A stretch of 64,000 nt of DNA, from positions 1,162 to 65,161 of the forward strand of contig JAJZXF010000004.1 of assembly GCA_021802485.1 (NCBI GenBank). The letters run 5' to 3'. The translations under genes and the position numbers were made by a program. Positions 34,204 through 42,879 of the stretch are shown here, in pieces (the stretch's first letter is position 1; each line of letters begins with the position of its first letter). The notes below the pieces were generated by a model. It ran no database searches and had not been told where the DNA came from. It saw only the letters and a list, made by a program, of their open reading frames with translations. The DNA comes from Actinomycetes bacterium (GTDB lineage: Bacteria; Actinomycetota; Acidimicrobiia; Acidimicrobiales; JAJZXF01).

Positions 34204-35000
34204 CTCAGCGTTTCGGAGCGTAGGAATCGAGGCCGAACAGGTCGTAGAGACGCTCTTGGGTAGTGTCGATCTCGCCTACACCGAAGTTACGCTGGCCAAG
34301 CGGGTGATCACGGCCATCGACCTGGGATGTCTCGTCTGCCGGTGATCGTCGTGGCTACATGATGCGTAGGGGGATTGGGATCCCGAGGAGCTCGAAGGCC
34401 TTTGCCTGGACGCGCGTGGGTATAGCGAGCCGATCGAACGTAACCTCGGTGCCCGCGCTTGGTTGGTGGTACCAGTGAGTGTGGCGACGTGGTCGAGCAG
34501 GCCTTGGAAAGTAGGGAGCGCAGTGCGATCCGGCTGAACTCGCCGCGCAGCGTTCGACGAGGCGGCCTGTGAGCGCTTGGCCAAAGCGACAGTGTCGGCT
34601 CGCTCGAGCGGCCTCTCGTCGGTGAAGCACAGCGGCGCCCACGCCCGGCGCTGGTGCCAGGTGAGATGGGCGCCGACCATGCAGATGAAGGCGTGCGTGC
34701 GCATCCGGTCGGCCAGGCAGTGGCGGATAGGGCGGATCTCCACGTCGACGCTCTTCGGGTGCGGGACGCAGTTGCGCTCCAGGTTGGACAGCGACTTGTA
34801 GGTCCTCAACACCTCTATAGCTGCCACCCTCTCTCTTGAAGCGAGGTGCGGATCACGTAGATCCCGTTCAAGGCGGCCTCGGCGCAGACCGCCTCCTCCT
34901 TGCGAGAGAAGACGAAGCGCCCCTCGGCGATCTCCAAGGAGAAGTGCTTGGCCATCTTGTGGCGATTCACGACGTGTCCGCCTCAACTCCCGATCTTGGT
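34204..35000 (-). pseudogene. IS4/IS1634-like DDE transposase remnant (C-terminal third, multiple frameshifts)
   Basis: Fragments lie in three frames: ...KMAKHFSLEIAEGRFVFSRKEEAVCAEAALNGIYVIRTSL; ...VLRTYKSLSNLERNCVPHPKSVDVEIRPIRHCLADRMRTHAFICMVGAHL; ...TRVQAKAFELLGIPIP; and ...GEIDTTQERLYDLFGLDSYAPKR*. Confidence 0.6.
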
Positions 35001-35331
35001 GGGGTCGTATAGGCGGCCGGCCTCGACCTGTGCCCTCACTCTTACCCACTAACGTGAGTTCCTTACGCTTGCGTTACAAGGGGTGTTCTACTGGTTACCT
35101 GGCCAATAGTGCGCTAACCGCGTCCCGCGCGCCGCCAGCAGAGCGAGAAGGGGCCGAATGAGAGCAGGGAGGAGGTGGGTTATTAGCGATGTATCCGGTG
35201 GGTCAGGCTGGTGGCTGGCGAGTGACGGCAAGTGGTACCCACCAAAGCTGGCTCCGCGCTTGGCTCCCACTGCGCCACCCAGCGGTACTGTCGTCCGGTC
35301 CGGCTCATATATACCGAGCCGACCAATCTCG

Positions 35332-35470
35332 CAGAGATGGCACCGATGCCCTGATTGTGGCAGGGAGGCACGACGAGACCTGTTCTCGGCGTTCCTCGGG
35401 CTCTACGTCCACCCGGTCACCGATGACAACGATGCGTCTAAGAATTTGCTCGACTTAGAGGGAGCTGTAA
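35332..35470 (+). pseudogene. Probable C-terminal fragment of a second TnpB-type (zinc-ribbon) protein
   Basis: Within the junk ORF 35158-35694, ...WHRCPDCGREARRDLFSAFLGLYV... resembles the C.CG....RD(L/N).(S/A)A..(L/I) end of IS607/IS605-associated TnpB proteins. Confidence 0.35.
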
Positions 35471-35766
35471 GCAACTTCGCAGCGTTCGCACCTCACCTCC
35501 AAGAAGCCGGAGGGTTGCCGAGGTCGAGCGGTGCAACATCCAAGGACCGCGGCCGACCTCGCCGTTCGCGACGATCAGCGGCGCGCATAACGTCCCGTCA
35601 CACCCGCCGCAGTCGTGGTGCGACAGAGGTGCTCGGCGACAATCCGGTACTGGTCCACGCAACCCCGGCAGAATCGTACGGGTTGGCGGCATGAGCACCA
35701 TGCCCCGGAAACCAGGCGCTCCCCACGGCCCGCCAGCAGTATCGGCGGGAGACAGCGCGCCGACAC

Positions 35767-36197
35767 GGAATCCAGGACACCTGACATAGTAGCCGGGTCT
35801 ACCGCTGAAATTCGGTCCTGAACAGGGTTCAATCCCCAGGAGGCGCTGGGCTTTCGATTTCAGATGTGATCAACGCAATGTATGGGAATCAACTCAACTG
35901 ACCCGCCACCAGCACAAGGGACGGATTGGCGAGGTGGCCGTGCTCATGACAACTGCGCTGCGAAGCGTGTGCGCTTCCCTGGGGAACACGCGTCGCTGAG
36001 ATGACCAGTAGTGCGCTCCACATCTGCATCAACCCAGTCTCCGCACCCCAGCGCTAGCGGGCGATTGCAGCTCTCTGTGAGAAGCTCACTGATGCGGAGA
36101 TCACCTATCCTGGGACGAACCTCGTGCTGCACTATTTGGCCAAGGACGCCTCTGGCATCACGTGAACTTGATCACCATGTCAGGTGTCCTGGAATCC
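35767..36197. repeat. 431-bp segment bounded by 21-bp terminal inverted repeats (19/21 match)
   Basis: GGAATCCAGGACACCTGACAT (35767-35787) versus ATGTCAGGTGTCCTGGAATCC (36177-36197). The 16-bp core CCAGGACACCTGACAT is perfectly inverted. No convincing ORF lies inside. Confidence 0.6.
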
Positions 36198-36234
36198 TGG
36201 CCCTTTAGGGCCGGGAGGCTTCAAGTGGCACAAC

Positions 36235-36270
36235 GGTTGTGTTTGACAGAACTGGTTGTGTTTGACAGAA
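36235..36270 (+). promoter_or_regulatory. Tandem 17-bp direct repeats (19-bp period) overlapping a TTGACA box: probable TA promoter/operator
   Basis: GGTTGTGTTTGACAGAA occurs at 36235-36251 and again at 36254-36270, followed by TATAAAGGTGGAG and the toxin-like ORF start. Confidence 0.5.
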
Positions 36271-36277
36271 TATAAAG

Positions 36278-36532
36278 GTGGAGTTGCGATTCGCGCAGGC
36301 TGCGCGCAGGCACCGAGTTGGTCGGGCGTCGGTGCGTTGGATGCTCGCTCGCACCCGCCCTATTGCCGCGACAACGAAGGACGGCAGCCAGGCGTGGCTG
36401 TGGGTTGGCCTCGACGACCGAGGTAGAGAACTCGAAGTCATCGCGGTTGAGGTCCAAGGTCCTCAAGATCTGGCCCCGGTCCTGTTGGTCATCCACGTTA
36501 TACCCACGCATTTCAAGAAGGAGGAGTCATGA
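36278..36532 (+). CDS. Small toxin-like protein (toxin-first TA arrangement, BrnT-like organisation)
   Basis: 84 aa. ...ARRHRVGRASVRWML...WLWVGLDDRGRELEVIAVEV...LLVIHVIPT.... Overlaps the downstream RHH gene by ATGA. The family assignment comes from memory of similar actinobacterial pairs and is not verified. Confidence 0.55.
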   Translation: MELRFAQAARRHRVGRASVRWMLARTRPIAATTKDGSQAWLWVGLDDRGRELEVIAVEVQGPQDLAPVLLVIHVIPTHFKKEES

Positions 36533-36837
36533 CCCGATCCAATCGCCCACATATCACCACTGCCACGCAGATCGGTCCCGATGTTGATCTTGACCGCGAT
36601 GATGTCCGTCTTGCGGACGGCACCCGCCTCACGTCCCTGCGGGCGGACCAGATCATCGAGGACGTTCGGCGCAGCGGCGGACGGCCTTCTCTGTCAGGCC
36701 GTGGCGCTCGATCTCCGCAAATAGCGTTTCGAGTTCCGCCCGAGGTTCGCGACCGCGCTGCCGATGTTGCGGCCCGGGAGGGAAAGACCGTCTCTCAGAT
36801 TGCCCGCGAGGCGCTTGAGGCGCGGCTCGCCGTGTAA
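36529..36837 (+). CDS. Ribbon-helix-helix (CopG/BrnA-like) antitoxin
   Basis: 102 aa. ...SGGRPSLSGRGARSPQIAFRVPPEVRDRAADVAAREGKTVSQIAREALEARL is a typical RHH DNA-binding C-terminus. Confidence 0.65.
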   Translation: MTRSNRPHITTATQIGPDVDLDRDDVRLADGTRLTSLRADQIIEDVRRSGGRPSLSGRGARSPQIAFRVPPEVRDRAADVAAREGKTVSQIAREALEARLAV

Positions 36838-36959
36838 ACTCCCTGGAATGGACGCCTGCTCGCTTCGGTTAGGACGAGGAGAGTTGCCTACTAATCCCTA
36901 AGCTTACGATTAAACCTCCGACGCCCTGCCAGGGCTCCTCCTCGAGGAGTCGCGTCGCA

Positions 36960-37700
36960 GCCTCAAACGAGACGCATCGCGTCGAGAGGCTGCGACCACG
37001 AGTCGTTCGCCCAGCTGAACTGGCTTACCCACTGATAACTCCATCCCGCGACGATCGGATGGCCCGCACAGTGTCGTGACGCTGAGTGGCAAGAGCCCCG
37101 TTCCGGGCTCGTCTCTGCATCGCAGCGAGGCCACATGTAGGCATCGACCGCGAAGACGAGCGGCCAGTCCGCTGGCTGGGCCGAGACGAGCGGGTGCCGG
37201 GGCCATGCTCGTCGATGCTGGCGAGTGCAAGCGCCTCGCAAAGGCTTCCGTGCCGACCGGGTGAACTCGGCCTCGAAGCGCAATTTGGGGATAGACCCGG
37301 CCGGCCCCTCGCGCGCAGTGTCGCGTCGCACAGCTCGAAGAGAGCGTCGGCCCATCGTGGTGTTGAGCGACAGGTCATTTGATCACGACAACGACACAGA
37401 GCGCGAGGATGGAATCCATCGCATGGACGCCCACATCGTCGCCGACGAGGAAACTGTCAAGGCCGCAGACGACCCTCACATGCTGGACTTTCGGCCTTGA
37501 CAGGAACGAGAGGCGACGCACAATGTGGCCATGGCGTTGGTGCCGGCCGTGCTCACGTTGAATGTCTCCCCGTGCTCATTTAGCGTGGCGGTCGACACGT
37601 GGCAAGCAGGAGTACAGCTCAGCGCGGAATCCAACCAACGAGGCCAGTGAGTCCGAGGACGATATCGTCGTCATGCTGAGGGCATGACCCTTCGCGTCCC
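36960..37700 (-). pseudogene. N-terminal remnant of a DDE transposase (IS701-like class), disrupted
   Basis: Minus-strand fragments ...SLASLVGFRAELYSCLPR... (about 37600) and ...RWADALFELCDATL...GHGSLCEALALASIDEH... (37378-37200) match the N-terminal pattern of this transposase class. They are separated by about 200 nt of unrelated sequence and frame changes. Confidence 0.45.
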
Positions 37701-37788
37701 CAATAGGTCGCGATACTGCCAGATCATTAAACCCAACACGCTGTGGTCAGTCGGGTCAGATAGATACCCCCAATCGACCTCCTAATGG

Positions 37789-38766
37789 TCAGCAGTTTCG
37801 CGCCCGTGTGAGTGCCAGCGGCGCTCTCACGCGCTCTTCGTATCCGGGAAGCGGTACACGGTGAATGCAGCAGTCGCAGTTGATGGTCGCACGGCCGTTC
37901 AGGGCTTCTGAGTAGCGCTCTAGGACGAGCGCCACTATCCGCGGGTCTGGACCGAGCTCCTTGCCGATCGAGACCTCGACGCCAGAGTGCTTGCTCGCCC
38001 ACTCGCGCGACTTTGCGCCGATGCGATCCACGAGTACGCCCGTGAAGAGGAAGTAGGGGACGACTGCGATGCTCTTGGCCCCAAGGAGTTCGCAGCGGTC
38101 AAGTGCATCCTCGACTGATGGCGCAGCGAGGGATATGAAGGCGGGCTCGATCATAGATAGGTGGCCTGGAGCCACGCGGCTCGATCTCGGATCGATGCTC
38201 TGGGCGTCTCTCGACGCCCGTGAGGCGACTGCGGCATCCTTTGGTGAAGCTGCGGGCATTGCCACCCCTCTTGAGTCGGCCAATAATCTCGCTACCTTGT
38301 AAAGATCCGCGTTGGCATCTGGATCAGTGGACCCTCGTCCCACCAGCACAACAGCATGATCCGCAGCACCAGTGGCTCGCATGCGAGAGGTGTTGGCAGA
38401 GCGGATACGCTCTTCTGCTACCGACAGTACGCTCGGGTCCACGCCGAGCTCCCGGGCGTAGGTGAAGGTTACGCCACGGTGCCTCAGCCTTGCTCGAGCG
38501 AGTGCAGCAGGCCCATCGTCCTTGCGGTGGCCGGCCCCAAGCAGCACCAGTGGCACAGCTACGACAGCTCTCGCCCCTTCGTTTACAAGAGCGTCGATAG
38601 CGTCGTCAAGAGCAGGCTCGGCCCACTCGATGAAGCCGGCTCCTTGCCTCAGATCTGGAGACTTCCTGCGTACTCTGGCCGCCAGCTCCCAGAACTGGGC
38701 TACCCCTGCGCTGGATTGGCTGCCATGGCCTATCAGGAGGAGAGCGGGGCTACGATCGTCAGGCAT
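37789..38766 (-). CDS. cbiX: Sirohydrochlorin cobaltochelatase, long form (two CbiX domains, Cys-rich C-terminus)
   Basis: ALLLIGHGSQSS...AVVAVPLVLLGAGHRKDD and AVVLVGRGSTDPDANA...IAVVPYFLFTGVLVDRI are the two CbiX halves. The C-terminus reads INCDCCIHR. The start is taken at MPDDRS (38766); the track start at 38862 overlaps cbiC. Confidence 0.8.
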   Translation of the reverse strand: MPDDRSPALLLIGHGSQSSAGVAQFWELAARVRRKSPDLRQGAGFIEWAEPALDDAIDALVNEGARAVVAVPLVLLGAGHRKDDGPAALARARLRHRGVTFTYARELGVDPSVLSVAEERIRSANTSRMRATGAADHAVVLVGRGSTDPDANADLYKVARLLADSRGVAMPAASPKDAAVASRASRDAQSIDPRSSRVAPGHLSMIEPAFISLAAPSVEDALDRCELLGAKSIAVVPYFLFTGVLVDRIGAKSREWASKHSGVEVSIGKELGPDPRIVALVLERYSEALNGRATINCDCCIHRVPLPGYEERVRAPLALTRARNC

Positions 38767-39481
38767 GCGGCTCCTTTCGTTCGCGAGCAGCTGAGTCATC
38801 TCCACGTCCGAGCAGAGGCACCCGAGCGGCGCTAGTGGGGCTGGTGTCTCGCGAGCTTGCAATGCGGGTGAGAGCGTTCAATACGGCTGCTGCAGCAGCA
38901 GAGCCACCTTTCTCGCCAGTGTTGGTGATGGTCGTGAGCCGCTCGCAGTTCCTTGCGCGCTCCTTTGCCTCCGCGGCGCCGACGAAGCCCACGGGCATGC
39001 CTATGACCAGTTGCGGGGCGAAGGCCTCCTGCTCTGCAAGGCGCACTACCTCCTCGAGGGCCGTTGGAGCGCATCCCACCACGACGATGGCTCCAGCTGG
39101 GTAACGCTCAGCAGCAAGGCGCATTCCAGCTGCACTCCTCGTTGCGTAGCGGCCAGCTGGTTGCATTGCCTGGTCGAGAAAGCAGTGAGCCTCGAGGTTG
39201 GTTATCCCGGCGCTGACCATCTTGGTGTCGCAGATTACCGGCGCTTTGGACCGCAGTGCTTGTATGCCTGCATCAGCGGCTCCCGCGTCGAACATGATCG
39301 TGTCAATGTACCCGGTGTCAGCTGTCGCATGAACTACCCTGGCCAGTATCCGAGCGTGGAGTTCGTCCCTTCCTGACAGGTCTACCCTTTCCGCGAGGAT
39401 TCGGAAGCTCTCAGCCTCTATCCAGTGCGGTTTCACGCGCCCGCCCGCCTGCTTCGCCCGCTCGTAGCGCATGCGGGGCAC
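38759..39481 (-). CDS. cbiC: Precorrin-8X / cobalt-precorrin-8 methylmutase
   Basis: ...IEAESFRILAERVDL...ARVVHATADTGYIDTIMF...PVICDTKMVSAGI...VVVGCAPTALEEV...VIGMPVGFVGAAEAKE...TNTGEKGGSAAAAAVLNAL. The start is uncertain; GTG 39436 is possible. Confidence 0.9.
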   Translation of the reverse strand: MPRMRYERAKQAGGRVKPHWIEAESFRILAERVDLSGRDELHARILARVVHATADTGYIDTIMFDAGAADAGIQALRSKAPVICDTKMVSAGITNLEAHCFLDQAMQPAGRYATRSAAGMRLAAERYPAGAIVVVGCAPTALEEVVRLAEQEAFAPQLVIGMPVGFVGAAEAKERARNCERLTTITNTGEKGGSAAAAAVLNALTRIASSRDTSPTSAARVPLLGRGDDSAARERKEPHA

Positions 39482-39695
39482 CCTTGATCTCGGTTATGGC
39501 TCCCGTAGGGCAGATCTCTATGCATTCGAAGCACACGCTACAGCGTTCCGCAAAGACAAGCACCCTTGCCGGTCCAGGGGCGAGTGCGCCCTTGGGACAG
39601 GTGACAATGCAGGCGCCGCAGCCGCTACAGCCTTCGCCAACCTGGATCGAGCCGGTCGCAGCCGGAGTTTGTGCGATGAGTGGGTTCGCGCACAT
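39411..39695 (-). CDS. 2x[4Fe-4S] ferredoxin
   Basis: 94 aa with two CxxCxxCxxxCP motifs (CSGCGACIVTCP and CSVCFECIEICP). Confidence 0.8.
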   Translation of the reverse strand: MCANPLIAQTPAATGSIQVGEGCSGCGACIVTCPKGALAPGPARVLVFAERCSVCFECIEICPTGAITEIKGAPHALRAGEAGGRARETALDRG

Positions 39696-39702
39696 GCCCG
39701 GG

Positions 39703-41592
39703 TCAGTGCCGCCGCGGATTCGGGGGATAGCCGCGCGGGGTTACCATCAGCCCGCGGATCACGCGGGTTGTTGCGGAGCCCACGATCACGCACGAGGTCA
39801 TGCCTACCGAGGTTGTGTCGAGGCCCGCTAGCGTGGTGAGGAGAGCCTGCTGGCCATGTCGCGCAGCGTCGGTTACCACACCGACCGGCGTGTCGGGGGG
39901 TCTGTGCTGCAGCAGAAGGTCGCGGGCAGCATCCAGCTGCCACGGCCGGGCAGCTGAGCGAGGGTTGTAGATCGCTACCGTAAGGTCCGTCTCCGCCGCG
40001 GCATCAAGGCGCGACTCGATAAGTTCCCAGGGCGTAAGGTGATCGGAGAGGCTGATTACCAGGTAGTCGTTCGCGAGCGGCGCACCGAGAAGGGATGCTG
40101 CGGTGAGCGAAGCGGTTACGCCTGGCAGGACTCGTATCTCGGGCGGTCCCGAGAGCGGCTCGGTCGTGGTTTGGTCTGCTTCGTGCTCGCTGAGCTGTGG
40201 CATCCTCGCGGACTCCTCCAAGACGATGGATGCCATGCCGTACACGCCGGGGTCCCCTGAGCAGACGACGGCCACCTGTTTCCCTGTTAGCGCAACCTCG
40301 AGCGCACGCTGCGCCCGCTCGACCTCGGCCCCGATTGCGTAAGCCTCCAGCCTCTGGTGAGCGCCAACGAGGTCCTTGCATGCGTCCAGGTAGGGCGCGT
40401 AACCAATTATCACCTCAGCGTTGCGGATAGCGGCTTCTGCTGCGGGTGTACGGTGCGCCCGTTCTCCGGGTCCAATGCCGACTACCGACACCGATCCACG
40501 TGGGGGCTGCCTGCGCGCGAGCGCGACCGTCGCATGGGCTGACTTGCGTTTCTCGAGTACTAGCTGGCCGCCGGGCCCAGCCGCTTCTAGAGCGGCCGCC
40601 TCCGCAACGCTGGGCGTCCCCACCGCCTGGTGCACGGTGGAACTTGGTGTCGGAACCTTCACCGCAGAAAGGGTCTCACTTGAAAAGAACACAGTCTCGA
40701 TTCCGATCCCGGCTATCGCGGGATCCTTCGCGCGCCGCTCGGCCGAAGCTATGAGTCCAAGAGACTTCCGAGACAGGCCAGACTCCTCAAAGCAGGCGTC
40801 GAGGAGGTGCTCGAGCTCTTCTACGGTCGCTCCGGTTGAGGTCCCAACGCCTGCGACGATGCTGGGTGGGCGCAGAAGGACCACCGCTTTGCCAGCGCGT
40901 CCCTCAGCACTTGCGACGATTTCGTCAGTCAGGATCAGGCGGGGCTTGCGCTCTTGATCACTTTCGCTGGCCGCGTGAGGAGCCCGCTCCGGAGGTGACG
41001 GCTCCCCAGGCGTGCCTGTTATCCGCTCGGGAGTCGTGATCACTTCGCTAGCATCCCTCAGCGCGTCGGGAACCGGCCAGGCTAGTTCGTTCTCTAGGAG
41101 CGGGCGAGCGCCATCGAGCATTGCCTTTGAGACCCCTGCAATGTCACCTTCTGCGATGAGGCCGGGCAGCGAGTCGAGTGCACAGGTCCCTGTTGCATCG
41201 GTCGCAGTGGTGATGACCGGCGTGGCTTGAAGGATCGCTGCGACCTCACGAGCGAGTTCGTTTGCCCCTTTGTCCCCGCGGTGCGTGTTCGAAAAGAACT
41301 CGAACCGCCGGTGCCCTCCGATTAGCGGGACGACGAACTCCCCAGCGTCGTCCACGCAGATGATACGGGGCAGGTTCGCGTGCGGTCTGCGATCTGGCTC
41401 GGACTCTTCCCTTGCGATCAGGGGAGCGATGATGCGGACTGCAGCACCAACCGCAATGAACAAAACGAAGCAGTCAACGTCGTTCCAGCGCTCACGGACG
41501 GTCCCGGCCAGGTTGCCGTGGGATCTCTCGTAGGGAAGCCGCGATGCGAGGTCGCGGCCGCGTTCGGTGACCGAGACGGAGAGTATGATCAT
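39703..41592 (-). CDS. cbiGH: Fused cobalt-precorrin-5A hydrolase (CbiG) / precorrin-3B C17-methyltransferase (CbiH)
   Basis: The ATG at 41592 overlaps the cbiET stop (ATGA). The N-half is CbiG-like. The C-half has SVVGIGPGERAHRTPAAEAAIRNAEVIIGY...VAVVCSGDPGVYGMAS...LPGVTASLTAASLLGAPL..., the tetrapyrrole methylase motifs. Confidence 0.9.
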   Translation of the reverse strand: MIILSVSVTERGRDLASRLPYERSHGNLAGTVRERWNDVDCFVLFIAVGAAVRIIAPLIAREESEPDRRPHANLPRIICVDDAGEFVVPLIGGHRRFEFFSNTHRGDKGANELAREVAAILQATPVITTATDATGTCALDSLPGLIAEGDIAGVSKAMLDGARPLLENELAWPVPDALRDASEVITTPERITGTPGEPSPPERAPHAASESDQERKPRLILTDEIVASAEGRAGKAVVLLRPPSIVAGVGTSTGATVEELEHLLDACFEESGLSRKSLGLIASAERRAKDPAIAGIGIETVFFSSETLSAVKVPTPSSTVHQAVGTPSVAEAAALEAAGPGGQLVLEKRKSAHATVALARRQPPRGSVSVVGIGPGERAHRTPAAEAAIRNAEVIIGYAPYLDACKDLVGAHQRLEAYAIGAEVERAQRALEVALTGKQVAVVCSGDPGVYGMASIVLEESARMPQLSEHEADQTTTEPLSGPPEIRVLPGVTASLTAASLLGAPLANDYLVISLSDHLTPWELIESRLDAAAETDLTVAIYNPRSAARPWQLDAARDLLLQHRPPDTPVGVVTDAARHGQQALLTTLAGLDTTSVGMTSCVIVGSATTRVIRGLMVTPRGYPPNPRRH

Positions 41593-42839
41593 CGCGCACC
41601 ACCGTGTGGTCCCCACGTGACGAATACGGGGTTCTCCGCTGCAAGCCTCCAGGAGCCTCCTTCGAGTTTCCTCGCGCGCGCAACGCTCACCTGAGTCATG
41701 GAACCGAGTAAGTCTGCCGCACTGAGGGCGCGGTCCATCGAGGCGAAGGTCGCAACGATGCGACCGCCTTCGCTCAGGCGTGCGAGAGCGGCCTTGATCA
41801 CCGCAGGCCCCCCGCCGCCGACGAAAACCCTGTCAGGGTCGGGGAGGCTGCCAAGAACCTCGGGAGCCAGAGCATTCACCACGTGCACGCTGGAGTTCTT
41901 TGAGCGAGCGTTCTGTGCGATCCGTGAAGCATCCTCGGCTCGAGACTCGACTGCGAACACCTCAAGGTCTGGGCAGACGATCGAGCACTCGATGCCGACG
42001 CTGCCGCTCCCGGCTCCGATGTCCCACAGCACCCCCTTTGTCGGCAGCGAGAGCTTGCTGATTACCACAGCGCGGACCTCTGCTTTGGTTATCACGTTGC
42101 GTCTGTGGGAGTAGGAGCTCTCGGGCATCCCCCAGGTAAGCACGCGCGTCGTTGCTGAGTCGTGCAGCGCGGTGTTCCAGGAGATGGACTTGTTTTCAGC
42201 TACTCCGGTTCCGTTCAGGAGAACTACGACCGCGGTTGGTCTCCACTCGCGCGTAGCCAGCTCTTCCAGTGATACCGAGGAGACCAGTTCGTCGCTACAG
42301 CCGAGGTCGGAGCAGACGACGACGCTCTCGAAGCGGGTTCTCCTTGCGAGCAGCGCCTGGCCGATTGCTTCCGGCGGTGCATCTGGAGAGCAGAGGACTG
42401 CTACCTTTGCAGCGCGACCGATCTCCCTTACGGCATCCTCAACTGGCCTGCCGTGCGCAGAGACGACCCGAGCGTCGTCCCATGCGAGCCCGAGGCGAGC
42501 AAAGGCGAGCGACACCGCGGAGGGCGCAGGATGGATCTCCAGGTGTGACGGTCCAACACGGGCAGCAAGTGCCCTTGTGATGCCAAAGAAGCCAGGATCG
42601 CCAGAGGCGAGCACGCACGCGGCTCCTCTGGTCCGTGCCAAGCGGTCGATAACTAGCTCCAGCCCGTCTTCGAAGCTGAGGTGTTCCACGTGTTGTGCCA
42701 ACCCCGCGTGCGCGACCGCTCGTAGGCGGTCCTCCCGTGCGACGAGGAGGTTGAGATCTGGAATGCGGTTGATGATGCGGGCGCTGTTGCTGAGGTCACA
42801 GCCTTGAACGCCGATGACGACGATCAGCGGATCTACCAC
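41589..42839 (-). CDS. cbiET: Cobalt-precorrin-6B/7 methyltransferase-decarboxylase, CbiE-CbiT fusion (CobL-like)
   Basis: The GTG at 42839 gives (M)VDPLIVVIGVQG...VLASGDPGFFGITRAL (CbiE) and ...VLWDIGAGSGSVGIECS...VFVGGGG (CbiT SAM-MTase). The 124 extra N-terminal codons of the track ORF overlap cbiD and were discarded. Confidence 0.85.
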   Translation of the reverse strand: MVDPLIVVIGVQGCDLSNSARIINRIPDLNLLVAREDRLRAVAHAGLAQHVEHLSFEDGLELVIDRLARTRGAACVLASGDPGFFGITRALAARVGPSHLEIHPAPSAVSLAFARLGLAWDDARVVSAHGRPVEDAVREIGRAAKVAVLCSPDAPPEAIGQALLARRTRFESVVVCSDLGCSDELVSSVSLEELATREWRPTAVVVLLNGTGVAENKSISWNTALHDSATTRVLTWGMPESSYSHRRNVITKAEVRAVVISKLSLPTKGVLWDIGAGSGSVGIECSIVCPDLEVFAVESRAEDASRIAQNARSKNSSVHVVNALAPEVLGSLPDPDRVFVGGGGPAVIKAALARLSEGGRIVATFASMDRALSAADLLGSMTQVSVARARKLEGGSWRLAAENPVFVTWGPHGGAR

Positions 42840-42879
42840 CGCGCGGCCTCGCTGGCCTGGAGCCTCGGTCGCTGTCCGC

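Noticed and set aside
35820-35850. tRNA-like T-arm/acceptor fragment (CAGGGTTCAATCCCCAGGAGGCGC), which could mark an integration att site.
   Set aside because: The T-stem has a mismatch. No convincing anticodon or D arm can be folded from the upstream 60-90 nt, and the putative 5' acceptor strand matches only 5/7. This is not supportable as a tRNA or tRNA remnant without a search.
37454-37503. Perfect 12-bp inverted repeat CTGTCAAGGCCG...CGGCCTTGACAG with a 26-nt loop.
   Set aside because: It lies inside the ~200-nt sequence interrupting a dead transposase gene. It is most simply part of that debris (a small insertion or REP-like hairpin), and nothing nearby needs a terminator or operator.
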